Position numbers and translations under genes: made by a program | Part shown: positions 9,849 to 19,162 of the stretch, piece after piece | Layout of the letters: every line of letters begins with the position of its first letter | How positions within the stretch are numbered: position 1 is the stretch's first letter | Notes under the pieces: generated by a model | What the model was told of the DNA's origin: nothing | What the model saw: the letters and a program-made list of their open reading frames with translations, nothing else | Databases searched by the model: none | NCBI GenBank assembly: GCA_035308025.1 | Contig: DATGHL010000045.1 | Span: 56,014-120,013, forward strand | From: Candidatus Binataceae bacterium | GTDB taxonomy: Bacteria; Desulfobacterota; Binatia; Binatales; Binataceae | Reading direction: 5' to 3' | DNA length: 64,000 nt

Positions 9849-11006
9849 ATGACAGCAATGCGCAGGACGACAATTTCCGCGGAAAAAATCCTCGCACGGG
9901 TACTAGCAATCGGTTCAAACCCCGGCGCCGCCTCAGCCTCGATTCGCGTCGAGGGCGCAACGATCAGCGGTTTACTCGACCTCTCAGGTCTGACGATTGC
10001 CGGAACGCTGATGTTCGTCGATTGCGTCTTCGAGGAACAGCTCAGGATGCGCAGCACATCGCTTCAAGCCATTTTCTTGGGCGGTTGCGAGCTTTCGGGA
10101 CTGGAGGGCGAAGAGCTGCGCGTCGAGCAAGATCTTCAACTCTGCGAGGGCTCGCGCGTTGCTCAGCCGATCAACCTGGAGCGCGCGACGATCAGCGAAA
10201 GTCTGTCGTTCTCAGGCGCGAGTCTAGGTCCAGTGGATGGCGCGGCGCTAATAGCCAACGATATGACAATCGGTGGCCATCTGCTGCTGAGCAATGATTT
10301 CCTCGCCGCCGGCGCAGTGAGTATGCGCCGGATGCATATTGGCGGGGCGCTCTATTGTGCGCGAGGGAAGTTCATGAATCCCCGCGGTACGGCGCTCGTC
10401 CTCGACGACGCGCAGATCGAGGGCAACGTATTATTGAGTCAGGGATTCAAAGCCCGCGGCGAGGTGAGTCTCCTGCGCGCGCGGATGGGCGGTTTTCTGT
10501 ACTGCGCGCACGGCGCCTTCGAGAATCCCGGCGCGACCGCACTCGCCGCCGATAACGTTGTGATTGGGGGCCGCGCTTTTCTCGGTGAATGGTTTAACGC
10601 GAAAGGCGCGGTACTCCTCCGCGATGCGTCTATCGGGGGCGATCTCTACTGCGTCGGCGGCATCTGCCAGAATCCGGGCGGCATCGCACTTGACGCGGAA
10701 CGCATCCGCGTCGGCGGCTCAGTGCGGATGCATACGCGGTTCCTTGCACAAGGGGCGGTGCGGCTTGCCGGCGCGACGATTGGCGGGACGCTCAACTGTA
10801 CCGGTGGTCAATTCGAGAATCGTGGCGGCGTCGCGTTGACGGCCGAAGGTGCGACAGTCGGCGGTGACGTTGTGCTCGGCAGCGGCTTTCGCGCCGAAAG
10901 CTCGGTATGTTTCGATCGCGCGACGATCGGCGGCGTCCTCGACGTCAAAGACGCCCGCTGCGACGGCGTTTCGATGAAAGGTTTGCGGTTTATTGAGGCG
11001 ATCTAA
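9849..11006 (+). CDS. beta-helix-type repeat protein (about 24-residue coils, Cys ladder), function unknown
   Basis: 385 aa. Four and a half tandem repeats of about 48 aa, e.g. HIGGALYCARGKFMNPRGTALVLDDAQIEGNVLLSQGFKARGEVSLLRAR, MGGFLYCAHGAFENPGATALAADNVVIGGRAFLGEWFNAKGAVLLRDAS, IGGDLYCVGGICQNPGGIALDAERIRVGGSVRMHTRFLAQGAVRLAGAT, IGGTLNCTGGQFENRGGVALTAEGATVGGDVVLGSGFRAESSVCFDRAT. No signal peptide or TM segment. Confidence 0.7.
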   Translation: MTAMRRTTISAEKILARVLAIGSNPGAASASIRVEGATISGLLDLSGLTIAGTLMFVDCVFEEQLRMRSTSLQAIFLGGCELSGLEGEELRVEQDLQLCEGSRVAQPINLERATISESLSFSGASLGPVDGAALIANDMTIGGHLLLSNDFLAAGAVSMRRMHIGGALYCARGKFMNPRGTALVLDDAQIEGNVLLSQGFKARGEVSLLRARMGGFLYCAHGAFENPGATALAADNVVIGGRAFLGEWFNAKGAVLLRDASIGGDLYCVGGICQNPGGIALDAERIRVGGSVRMHTRFLAQGAVRLAGATIGGTLNCTGGQFENRGGVALTAEGATVGGDVVLGSGFRAESSVCFDRATIGGVLDVKDARCDGVSMKGLRFIEAI

Positions 11007-11050
11007 TACTTAATTCTCGAGTGACATAAGAGCCACTCACCCCAGTGCGG

Positions 11051-11284
11051 CTACCAGAGTGACTTTGGGCCACCGTGGTTCTCGCGGTACAACGCGGCCC
11101 CAAAGAGGCTACCCATGACCCAACCGGCGCTAAAGCCGGTGTGGACTCCGATGTACGCTCCCAAAAGCCAGGCCGCCATTGATATTACAAAAAGATAGAA
11201 CGTCGCCGCCTGAGGGCTGTCAATTATGTACCACCCGGCCACCGCAATCGCGACGACGAAGAAGGGGACGAGGACCGAAAGCAT
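11051..11284 (-). CDS. small integral membrane protein (3 predicted TM helices)
   Basis: I prefer ATG 11284, 11 nt after TAAGGAGG, over the tracked upstream start at 11326. 77 aa: MLSVLVPFFVVAIAVAGWYII..FYLFVISMAAWLLGAYIGV..GWVMGSLFGAAL. AT-richer composition. Confidence 0.5.
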   Translation of the reverse strand: MLSVLVPFFVVAIAVAGWYIIDSPQAATFYLFVISMAAWLLGAYIGVHTGFSAGWVMGSLFGAALYRENHGGPKSLW

Positions 11285-11405
11285 TAAACGTTTCGCCTCC
11301 TTAGCAAGCGCTCGCTTAGCCGCCAAACGCTAGAGAATCCGTCGAGAGGTCCATATTCCGCTCATCGATTCCCTATGAACGCGACGAAACAGCGAAATCG
11401 CACAT

Positions 11406-11807
11406 TTAGAAGTGCTTGCACCATCTCAAACACATCTGCATCGCGTCGAGCGCCCTATCTCTTGCATCGTCGAAAGCCGTCGCACTCTGAGAAGGAAGAC
11501 CCGGCACCTGAAGGAACGAATGTACTTTTCTCCATTCGTCGAAAACGCGCTTCGGAAACTCATCGCTAATCTGTCTGTTCAACCATTCCGCATGCGTCAA
11601 AAGCTCCTGAGGAGTTTGGCAACCCATCGCTCGAACTCTGTAGTCAGCGAGGAAACGGGTCGTGTCGTCGTACACGTTTCGGCGACGCTCGAACCAACGA
11701 GTAGTCCCAGTCAACATATAGCCAAGTAACGCCCCTACGACCACCGATGCGAGATTCCAAAGATGCTCCATTCGTAACCCATCGCTACGTTCGTGATGAA
11801 AGCGCAC
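11406..11807 (-). CDS. hypothetical membrane-anchored protein
   Basis: 133 aa (or 121 aa from the internal MEHLW start). One N-terminal TM (LWNLASVVVGALLGYMLTG), then a soluble domain of about 100 aa. Clearly AT-richer than the backbone. No family recognised. Confidence 0.45.
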   Translation of the reverse strand: MRFHHERSDGLRMEHLWNLASVVVGALLGYMLTGTTRWFERRRNVYDDTTRFLADYRVRAMGCQTPQELLTHAEWLNRQISDEFPKRVFDEWRKVHSFLQVPGLPSQSATAFDDARDRALDAMQMCLRWCKHF

Positions 11808-11881
11808 TCGCGGCGGATGGCGCTACCCGTGCGAATCCGACAGATAAGGGCTAGCGAAACAGTCGTATGTGTCTCTTGTCG

Positions 11882-13045
11882 TCAGAGCGAAGCGTAGGCG
11901 GCCGCGATCAGTGCGGCGGGACGGGCGTCGAGCAGCGGATCGAGCCCCATCTGATTCATCGTGTAGCCGAAGCCCAGCTTGGCGTCGGGATCTGCAAAGC
12001 CCAGCGAGCCACCCGCGCCCGGATGACCGAATGCGCGCGGATTCGGACCCATCTTGCTGTGCGGCTGCGACAGCATAAAGCCAAGGCTGAAACGCGTCGT
12101 CAGCGGCAGCACAGCGTCCTGCCCGTTCGACTGCTCGGTGTAGCAGCGCTCGATCTCCTTGGGGCCGAAGACGCGCACGCCATTGACTTCGCCGCCGCGC
12201 GCGAGCGCGCCGTATATCCGGGCGAGCGCGCGCGCATTGGCGTGACCGTTCGCTCCCGGAATCTCGGCGGCGCGCCAGGCGCGTGAGTTCGTCGTCTCCT
12301 GCAGGAAAATATTGGCCGGATTCGCGAGCGCCATCGCACCCACCGAGGCCGGATCGTTCATCATGTCAGCCAACAAGTTGACTTCGCCCGGCTTGGGATC
12401 TGGCGCGTAGATGATGTCCGTGACGCGCGCGTCGAATTCGGGACCGATCCCGATATGCGCGTCGGCGCCGAGCGGCGTGGCGATCTCCTCGCGGAAATAG
12501 GCGCCGAGGCTCTTGCCGCTGATCCGCCGCACCACTTCGCCCACCAGCCAGCCGAAGGTAATCGCGTGATAGCCGTGCCGCGTGCCCGGCTCCCACCACG
12601 GCTCCTGCCGCGCCAGTTCCGTCGTCACCTTCTCCCAGTTGAACAGATCCTCGTTCTGGAGCGGCGCTTTGATCGCCGCCAGACCCGCTTTATGGTTCAG
12701 CAGATAGCTGACCGGAATCGAGCCTTTGCCGCTCTGCGCGAACTCGGGCCAGTACTTCGCGACCGGCGCGTCGAAGTCGAGCTTGCCCTGGTCAGCGAGC
12801 CGATGCGCGCACATCGCGCACAAGCCCTTGGTGGTGGACCAGACATTGACGAGCGTGTCGCGATTCCACGGCTGCGTCCGCGCCGCGTCGGCGTGCCCGG
12901 CCCACAGATCGACGACGCAGCGCCCATCGACCACGATCGAAGCTGCCGCGCCGAACTCGCCGCGCTGCTCGAAGTTCTCAATAAAGGCATCGCGCACGCG
13001 CACGAAACGGGGATCGTATTCGCCGTTGATCGTCAAGTTCGGCAT
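11882..13045 (-). CDS. serine hydrolase, beta-lactamase/esterase (class C/EstB-like) family
   Basis: 387 aa; S-x-x-K motif in VWSTTKGL, a YLLNH (Y-x-N) motif and a C-terminal HPGAGGS box. Confidence 0.75.
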   Translation of the reverse strand: MPNLTINGEYDPRFVRVRDAFIENFEQRGEFGAAASIVVDGRCVVDLWAGHADAARTQPWNRDTLVNVWSTTKGLCAMCAHRLADQGKLDFDAPVAKYWPEFAQSGKGSIPVSYLLNHKAGLAAIKAPLQNEDLFNWEKVTTELARQEPWWEPGTRHGYHAITFGWLVGEVVRRISGKSLGAYFREEIATPLGADAHIGIGPEFDARVTDIIYAPDPKPGEVNLLADMMNDPASVGAMALANPANIFLQETTNSRAWRAAEIPGANGHANARALARIYGALARGGEVNGVRVFGPKEIERCYTEQSNGQDAVLPLTTRFSLGFMLSQPHSKMGPNPRAFGHPGAGGSLGFADPDAKLGFGYTMNQMGLDPLLDARPAALIAAAYASL

Positions 13046-13069
13046 TGTGGGCTCCCTAATGTCTTGTAT

Positions 13070-13516
13070 TTACATACCGCTAATGAGTTCCAGGATCGTG
13101 CCGTCGGGATCGCGGAAGCAGACCACGCCGATTTTCGCGCCACCCGGGCCGTCGATCTTCTTGAGCGGCGCGACAAAATCAACCTCCTTCGTCTTCAGGT
13201 CTTCGTAGGTCTTGTCGATGTCATCGACGGTGAAGGCGATTCGGCAGATTCCGAGGTTATTCAGCGTCGGGTAGGGTTTGCCCTGCGGCGGCGGGTCGAT
13301 GAACTGCACCAGATCGAGCACCGGGGCGTTGGCGTCATTGCCCAGACGCATGAAAACGCCGTGCAGCTTGCGCGCCTTGAGACCCAGCGCCTCGCCCACG
13401 CTGGGATCTTCAAGGATAAAGTCGTTGACCTTGTTGAACCCTAGCTCCTGATAGAAGCGGACCGAGCGTTCCATGTCGCTGACACAAATGTTGACGTGAA
13501 AGAGTTTTTGCAACAT
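13070..13516 (-). CDS. VOC (glyoxalase/bleomycin-resistance/dioxygenase) family protein
   Basis: 148 aa; MLQKLFHVNICVSDMERSVRFYQELGF and CFRDPDGTILELI are typical VOC beta-alpha-beta-beta-beta modules. Confidence 0.7.
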   Translation of the reverse strand: MLQKLFHVNICVSDMERSVRFYQELGFNKVNDFILEDPSVGEALGLKARKLHGVFMRLGNDANAPVLDLVQFIDPPPQGKPYPTLNNLGICRIAFTVDDIDKTYEDLKTKEVDFVAPLKKIDGPGGAKIGVVCFRDPDGTILELISGM

Positions 13517-13529
13517 CGCGGTCTCTCCT

Positions 13530-13560
13530 GCCCGGCGCGGCGGAATCCGCCGCGCCGGGC
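13530..13560 (-). other. intercistronic 14-bp perfect GC hairpin
   Basis: GCCCGGCGCGGCGG-AAT-CCGCCGCGCCGGGC lies between the amidohydrolase stop (13603) and the VOC RBS/start (13516). No U-run follows, so it is more likely an mRNA processing or stability element than an intrinsic terminator. Next to it is a 13-nt tandem duplication CAATTCAATCGCG x2 (13574-13599). Confidence 0.5.
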
Positions 13561-13602
13561 GTTACTTTGCGATCAATTCAATCGCGCAATTCAATCGCGC
13601 AC

Positions 13603-14718
13603 TCAGATGCCGTACAGCTCCGCGACGTTGTCGTGCAGCAGCCAGTTCTTTTCCTGCTCGTTGAGCCCGGCCGAATGCTTTTTCAGCAGCTCTTGCGAAT
13701 TCGGCCAGGTCGAGTCGCTGTGCGGAAAATCATTGGCCCACATCAGCCGTTGCGGATTACACATGTCCTTCATCTTGAAGGCGACCCAATCGTCCTGGAA
13801 GGTCGTGTAGATATTCTCGCGGAAATACTCGCTGGGCATCTTCGACAGCTTGTCGGCGGTCAGCCAGAAGCGATGGCGATCGTAAGCGTGGTCGAGGCGG
13901 TACATGAAATGCGGCACCCAGCCCGCATCCGCTTCGACGCATGAGATGCGCAATCGCGGATGGCGCTCGAAGACGCCGCCCAGGATGAACATCCCGATGA
14001 TGTCCTGGTTGCCGCGGATGATCGACATGAAGGAGTTCATCTTGGGCCCGCGATTGGGATTTCCGATGCCCTCCTTCGAGGTCAGAATATGGAAGCTAAG
14101 CGGCATCTTGAGGCTGACCGAGGCTTCCCAGAACTCATCGTAAATCTTGCTGTCGTAGTCCTCGATGATCGGAATTCCCGACATCATCATCCCGCGCAGA
14201 CCCATCGCCTTGGCGCGCTCGAGGTCTTTGATCCCTTCGTCGGGCGTGCGCATCGCGGTCTGCCCGAGCCCGATCAGCCGATCCGGATGGGCGCCGCAAT
14301 ACTCGGCGATCCAGAGGTTGTAGGCGTCGAAGCAGGCCTTCTTGTAATCGGCGTCGGGATGATTGCAGAGAATCATGCCGACGCTGGGATAGATGACCTC
14401 GGCGGCGACGCCGTCGCGATCCTGATCGGCCATCCGCACCTCAGGATCCCATGCGCCGCGCGGCAGATCCTCGAACTTAGCGAAGACGGCCGCAGTCGCC
14501 AGCTCCTCGGCGGATTTTCCGGCCGCGGCCACCAGGCCCATCGGGATGGTCTGTTTCATCCCCTCAACGACGTAGGTGTCGCCGCCCTTCTCCATCCAGA
14601 CCACCTTGGGCGCGGTGTCGAGGTACTTCTTGTCGATCCGCGCGGTGTAGGTGTCGGGCGGCTCCATGATGTGTGAATCGGAGGAAATGATCGGTTTCGA
14701 GATCAGTGTATTGGCCAT
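13603..14718 (-). CDS. amidohydrolase_2 (ACMSD-like metal-dependent hydrolase/decarboxylase)
   Basis: I prefer ATG 14718, after AAGGAGAG, giving MANTLISKPIISSDSHIMEPPD. The tracked start at 14877 would overlap the tonB 3' end. HxH-type SDSH motif and C-terminal WANDFPHSDSTWP. Confidence 0.75.
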   Translation of the reverse strand: MANTLISKPIISSDSHIMEPPDTYTARIDKKYLDTAPKVVWMEKGGDTYVVEGMKQTIPMGLVAAAGKSAEELATAAVFAKFEDLPRGAWDPEVRMADQDRDGVAAEVIYPSVGMILCNHPDADYKKACFDAYNLWIAEYCGAHPDRLIGLGQTAMRTPDEGIKDLERAKAMGLRGMMMSGIPIIEDYDSKIYDEFWEASVSLKMPLSFHILTSKEGIGNPNRGPKMNSFMSIIRGNQDIIGMFILGGVFERHPRLRISCVEADAGWVPHFMYRLDHAYDRHRFWLTADKLSKMPSEYFRENIYTTFQDDWVAFKMKDMCNPQRLMWANDFPHSDSTWPNSQELLKKHSAGLNEQEKNWLLHDNVAELYGI

Positions 14719-14833
14719 AAGCTTCGTCTCTCCTTTGTATCGATAGCTTTGACAGTTGCGGACACTTACTTGTAGTGCAGTCGGGCGATTGCGTAAAGCC
14801 GCGCAAGCGTGGGGAAATGGTGCGCGTGCAGAA

Positions 14834-15550
14834 CTACTCGACGGTGACCGGGATCCGAACGTCGAATTCTGAACCAACCGCGACTCCGTTTTTGTGCGCC
14901 GGCATGAAACGCCACTGGTCCAGCGTCTCGAGCAGGATTTGGTTGAGCCGCGGATTCTCGGTCGGCTTGGTCAGGGTGACGGAGGCTTGGCCGTCGTCGG
15001 CGACTTTGAAATGCGCGATCGCGACGGTGTCTATCACCGCGTCGCGTAAATCATCCGGGATAACCGGGGTCGGCTCGAAGATCGCGTGCGCCCCGTTGTT
15101 GTCAGCGCCGACGCCCGATGCAGCGTTGCTCGGCGGGGCTCCGGCACTTGGCCCTGTCGTGCTGCTGGCTGGGGCCCGGGGCTCAGTCTTGCTCTTCGCC
15201 GTGCCATTCTCCGATGGGGCGATTTCGGGCATGACCTTGGGTCTGGTCAGGTGGGCTGTCCGGGGCCGAACGATTGCGGGGTGGTGTACCACGGCGGGCA
15301 CCGGATGAGGTTGCGTCGGCGCAATCGGGGCCAGCTTGGCGGGCGGTGGTAACTCAACGATCCGCACCTCCGCGGGCGCAAGTTCGGGCGGGGGCGGCGC
15401 CGTCCCTTCCAGTAGCAGGCCGAAGGCCGCGAGCAACCCCGCCCACAAAATAACAGCGAGCGGAATAATCCACGCGATCCGCCGCCAGGGCTGGTCGAGT
15501 TCGCCGGCGGAGATCATCCGCTCGCGCGCGTTTTCGACGGTCACGCTCAA
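14834..15550 (-). CDS. tonB: TonB energy-transducer
   Basis: 238 aa; N-terminal TM (WIIPLAVILWAGLLAAFGLLL), a Pro-rich spacer (PPPPELAPAEVRIVELPPPAKLAPIAPTQPHPVP) and a C-terminal TonB domain. Its start overlaps the exbD stop by 4 nt. Confidence 0.8.
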   Translation of the reverse strand: MSVTVENARERMISAGELDQPWRRIAWIIPLAVILWAGLLAAFGLLLEGTAPPPPELAPAEVRIVELPPPAKLAPIAPTQPHPVPAVVHHPAIVRPRTAHLTRPKVMPEIAPSENGTAKSKTEPRAPASSTTGPSAGAPPSNAASGVGADNNGAHAIFEPTPVIPDDLRDAVIDTVAIAHFKVADDGQASVTLTKPTENPRLNQILLETLDQWRFMPAHKNGVAVGSEFDVRIPVTVE

Positions 15551-15948
15551 TCGCGTTTGACCGCGATCAGAAAATGCTCGACGCCGGCGCGCCGCGCCTG
15601 CAACATCGCTTCGACGACGACGCCCTCAGGCGCAGCGCCGTCGGCGTTAACGACGACCCCAGCGTCGCGACCCATCATCATTGCCTTGAGCGTGAAGGCC
15701 AGCGTCGCCATCGTGATCGGAGTCTTGTCGAGAAAGATGCGGCTGTCCTTCGTAACCGTGAGGGTGACCGGCTCCTGATGGCTCAGGTTGGGGGCGTCGC
15801 CCTGTGGCAGGTTGACCGTGATCGAGTTGAGACTCTGCATCGAGAGCGACGCCAGCATGAAGGTGACCAGCAGGAAGAACATCACATCGATCATCGGGAT
15901 GATCTCAATCCGCCCGCGACGCGACTCGCGCGACCTCACCAGCTTCAT
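15547..15948 (-). CDS. exbD: ExbD/TolR biopolymer transport protein
   Basis: I prefer the internal ATG 15948 (MKLVRSRESRRGRIEIIPMIDVMFFLLVTFML), 133 aa. ATGA overlap with the exbB stop. The tracked 272-aa N-terminal extension lies inside exbB. Confidence 0.8.
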   Translation of the reverse strand: MKLVRSRESRRGRIEIIPMIDVMFFLLVTFMLASLSMQSLNSITVNLPQGDAPNLSHQEPVTLTVTKDSRIFLDKTPITMATLAFTLKAMMMGRDAGVVVNADGAAPEGVVVEAMLQARRAGVEHFLIAVKRD

Positions 15949-16641
15949 CGCACTGCGCCGCGGCCGGCGACCACCGCGATCTCGCGATGGCTGGCAGCGG
16001 TCTCCTGCGCCTCGGTCTCCTGATCGAGCCGAATATGATCGATCAGGCGCGAGCCCAGGCGCTCGAGCTGATCGAGCGCGCGCGACTGGAGGCGCGAGAA
16101 AAAATTGAAGGCAAACAGTGCCAACAGCGCGATCAGCAAGCCGAGCGCGGTCGCGATTAGCGCCTGCGCCACGCCGGCAGTGACCTGTGTCGGCGCAACC
16201 AGGCTCGACGCGCCGATCACCCGAAATGACTGCATCATGCCGGTGATCGTGCCGAGCAGACCCATCAGCGGCGCCGCCGTCACGACGGTCTCGAGCACCC
16301 AGAGGCCGCGGCCGAGCGCCTTCTCGATGCCGCCCGCCTCGTCGCTCGCGCGGGACTCGACCCACCAGGCCGGGCGCTCGCGGTTCGCCGCGATCACCCC
16401 GAAGAAGCGTCGATAGGCGTTGCCGACATTCATGGCATTGAGCTGCGTTTCGAGTTCAGACCATGAGAAGCCGTAGGTCTCGACCAGTTCCGCAAGGCCG
16501 CGCGGCAGCCGCAGCATCCGCTGATAGCTCACGGCCCGATCAGAGGATGATCGCGATCGCCACTGCGCCCAGGAAGAGCAGCGGATAGACCATCGCGCCG
16601 CCGAATTTCAGCGCCTCCCAGGCGCCCGCCAGTTCACTCAT
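15945..16641 (-). pseudogene. exbB: MotA/TolQ/ExbB proton channel, split by one frameshift after TM1
   Basis: The tracked ORF (15945-16532) has only TM2/TM3 (LWVLETVVTAAPLMGLLGTITGM, AQALIATALGLLIALLALFAF). The missing N-terminus MSELAGAWEALKFGGAMVYPLLFLGAVAIAIIL is encoded from ATG 16641 in another frame and stops at TGA 16542-16540. Skipping 1 nt there joins it to DRAVSYQRMLRL. Confidence 0.65.
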
Positions 16642-16678
16642 CGCGCTTCACCCGTTGACGTCGAAAACTTTGGAATTT

Positions 16679-19081
16679 TCATTGAATCGAACCCTGGCGG
16701 TTGAAAAACGGGATGTACCATTTGAGCCCGCCATAGAAACTGCGGCGCGGACCAAACTGCGGCGCAAACACACCGATCCCGGAACCGCTCCGAATCGGAT
16801 AAATCCAGTCGCCCAGGTTTATCACTGCCGCTCGCGCTTCGACTTTCCCGACTGAGGTGAGCGTCAACGGTTTTACGATGCCGGCGTCGAACTGGACATA
16901 GAATGGCAGGTTGCCGGTGTTGGCGAAGCCCGAGCGCAGCCCGCTGCCGTAGATGTCGTTCAACGTGAACAGAAAGCCGCGCAGCGTATAAGTGATTCCC
17001 GCCGACTGGCTGAAGGTCTGATCGTGGTCGAGAAAGACATAGTGGGTCTTGATGAACGCCAGCTCTGGCGCGCTAAAGAGAAACTGATCGGATACTATAT
17101 CGATCCCCTGCGCGACTGAGTAGGCAAAGTTACTATAGAATGTCAGGTCCTTGAGCGGGTTCATCGAGGTGGTAAACTCGACGCCGTATTGCCGACCCTT
17201 CGCATAGTTAAATGGGGTAAACACCAGCGTGGGGCCAAACTGTCCTTCATCGAGCAGGTCAGTGGACTTCTTGTAGTAGCTGTCCAGATCAACCTTGACG
17301 TTGTGAGGCAGATTCTGCGTGATTCCCGCGTCGAAGTAGTGCGCCCGCTCCGGTGCGATATGCGTATCGGTCTTGACCATCGGCTCATTGGTCGTATCGG
17401 CGAATTTGACGAGATCCTCACCCGACACTGCGTCCAGCGGCGCCGGCGTGAAGTAGCGCGCATACCCGGCATGCAGCGCGGTTCCCTCAAACAGTTGATA
17501 GATCGCGGCGACCCGCGGGCTGAACTGATCCGAACGCGTCAGGCCGTCGTAGAGATCGAAGCGGACGCCGTAATCGAGCGTCAGTTTCTTGATTGGGCGC
17601 CACTCGTCCTGCAAATAGACGCCGTAATTCCAAGCCACCAGAGCGGTATCATCCACCACCGCCGTCGGATGGGTGCTGCTCTGGAACACTACCCCAGTGA
17701 CGGGGTTGATACCCCCGGGAAGACCAGCGCGTGATTATCAATTTCGGCGCGCTCGCCGCTGAAGTAGTAGCCGGCGCGGATCGTATGCTGCTCCGGCGCC
17801 CGAGAAGTGACGTCGCCTTGCAGCCCGCTAGCCCAATCGCCGCGGAAATCGCGCGACGCGATACCGTTGTAGATCAGATCGCCTTCGTGATCGGGATGAA
17901 AGGACAACGTCGAGTATCTCGTGAAGGCCGCCACCTGATAGTCGATCGCTGAGCCGAGCAGGCCCTGCAGCGCCAGGACACTGTAGTAATTCTGCTCGAG
18001 TTGGGTCTCGCGGATATTTGCCGAGGGAAAATTCGGCACGCCGGCCAAAGTGAACACCTGCGGCTGATCGGAATTGGCCGGGATCTGATAGTTCGAGACG
18101 TTAAACCCGCCGAACCAGCTCAACCGCGTCGTCGGGCTCAGGATATAAGAGAGATAGCCGAAACCATTGCCGATCGTGGCGAAGTCATGGATCGCCTGCG
18201 GACCCGGCGTCGGCGGTTCGAGCCCGCGGCTGTTCTGATTGTAGAAACCGGTCGCATAGTAGCTCAGCTTGCCTTGCGACCCGCCGACCTCGAAGCTCGG
18301 CAAGAGGGTGTAGCGCTGGCCGCCATACATTTCGATATCGCCGCCGTTCAGACTGTCCCCGCTTTTCGTTTGAATCTGGACAACTCCCGCCGTGTGATAA
18401 CCGTACTGCGCAGGCAGCGCGCCTTCGAGCAGTGAGATGCTCTGCGCGAAGCGCGGACTGAAGGTCTGGGAGAATCCGCTGACCACCCCTTCGGGCAATT
18501 CGACCCCATTAATCCGATATTGAATTTCGCCGTGTTCACCGCGGATGTGAATCTGTCCGAAGGAATCCTGCGCCACGCCCGGCGCCTGCAACAGTAGACT
18601 GTTGGTCGAGGTGTTGCCGCCTTGCGGCAAAGCCTGAATAGCCTGCTGGCTGAAGCGATAGACGCTGCCGCCGGTCTCAGGATTCAATCCATTACGCGCG
18701 ACCTCGAGCCTTTCGCCGCAACTTTCAGGCTCAAGGCCGCTTCGGCCTCGAGCGCGATCTCGAGCGGCTTCGCACCCCGCGCGCGCCTCGACGCTGGCCG
18801 CACCGGTGCGGAAGCCTGACTTGTTCGCGACCACGGCATAGCTCCCCGCCGCTACGTTGGCGAATCGGAAATGTCCGCTTTGATCGCTTTTGGCGCGCTG
18901 AACGATCTTGCCGTCGCCTGTCTGCAAAATCACTTCGGCGTCGGCGAGCGGCCGGCCAAGCGCGTCCTTTATGGCGCCGCTGATGATACTACTCGCGGTT
19001 GCCTCTGCCGGATGGCTGGTGGCATCGAAGATTCAGTGCGACCATCAAGGCGAGCGCCACTCCGCATTTCAGTTTCCGCAT
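16679..19081 (-). pseudogene. TonB-dependent receptor (CarboxypepD_reg-like N-domain, plug and barrel) with at least 4 frame disruptions
   Basis: The signal peptide MRKLKCGVALALMVAL starts at ATG 19081, out of frame with the mature part (DATSHPAEATASSIISGAIKD...); that shift lies within 18992-19032. A compensated +1/-1 pair sits at about 18775 and about 18710; the G/C-rich alternative frame reads AKPLEIALEAEAALSLKVAAK. A third shift falls in the C5G3 run at 17712-17719, splitting the ORFs 17689-18933 and 16679-17689. The C-terminus ends GGLKWYIPFF, as barrels do. Confidence 0.7.
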
Positions 19082-19162
19082 AAGCTCTCCAACCGCCGCG
19101 GGACGCAATACTCGCCCAGCGCCAGGCACGGGCAAAACTTCAATGATTCAGAAAGAGGGAAG

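Noticed and set aside
9551-10057. A 168-aa minus-strand ORF overlapping the start of the repeat-protein gene; its 3' part (9551-9826) could encode a 1-TM peptide of about 90 aa from a TTG.
   Set aside because: The upper half is antisense to a well-supported gene. The remainder has only a weak start, no RBS and mediocre codon bias. It is left uncalled, though a small membrane protein cannot be excluded.
16528-19081. Programmed ribosomal frameshifting in the ExbB and TonB-dependent receptor genes.
   Set aside because: There are no slippery heptamers or downstream stimulatory structures. The events are multiple, run in both directions, and several fall in homopolymers. Indel error or decay is more parsimonious.
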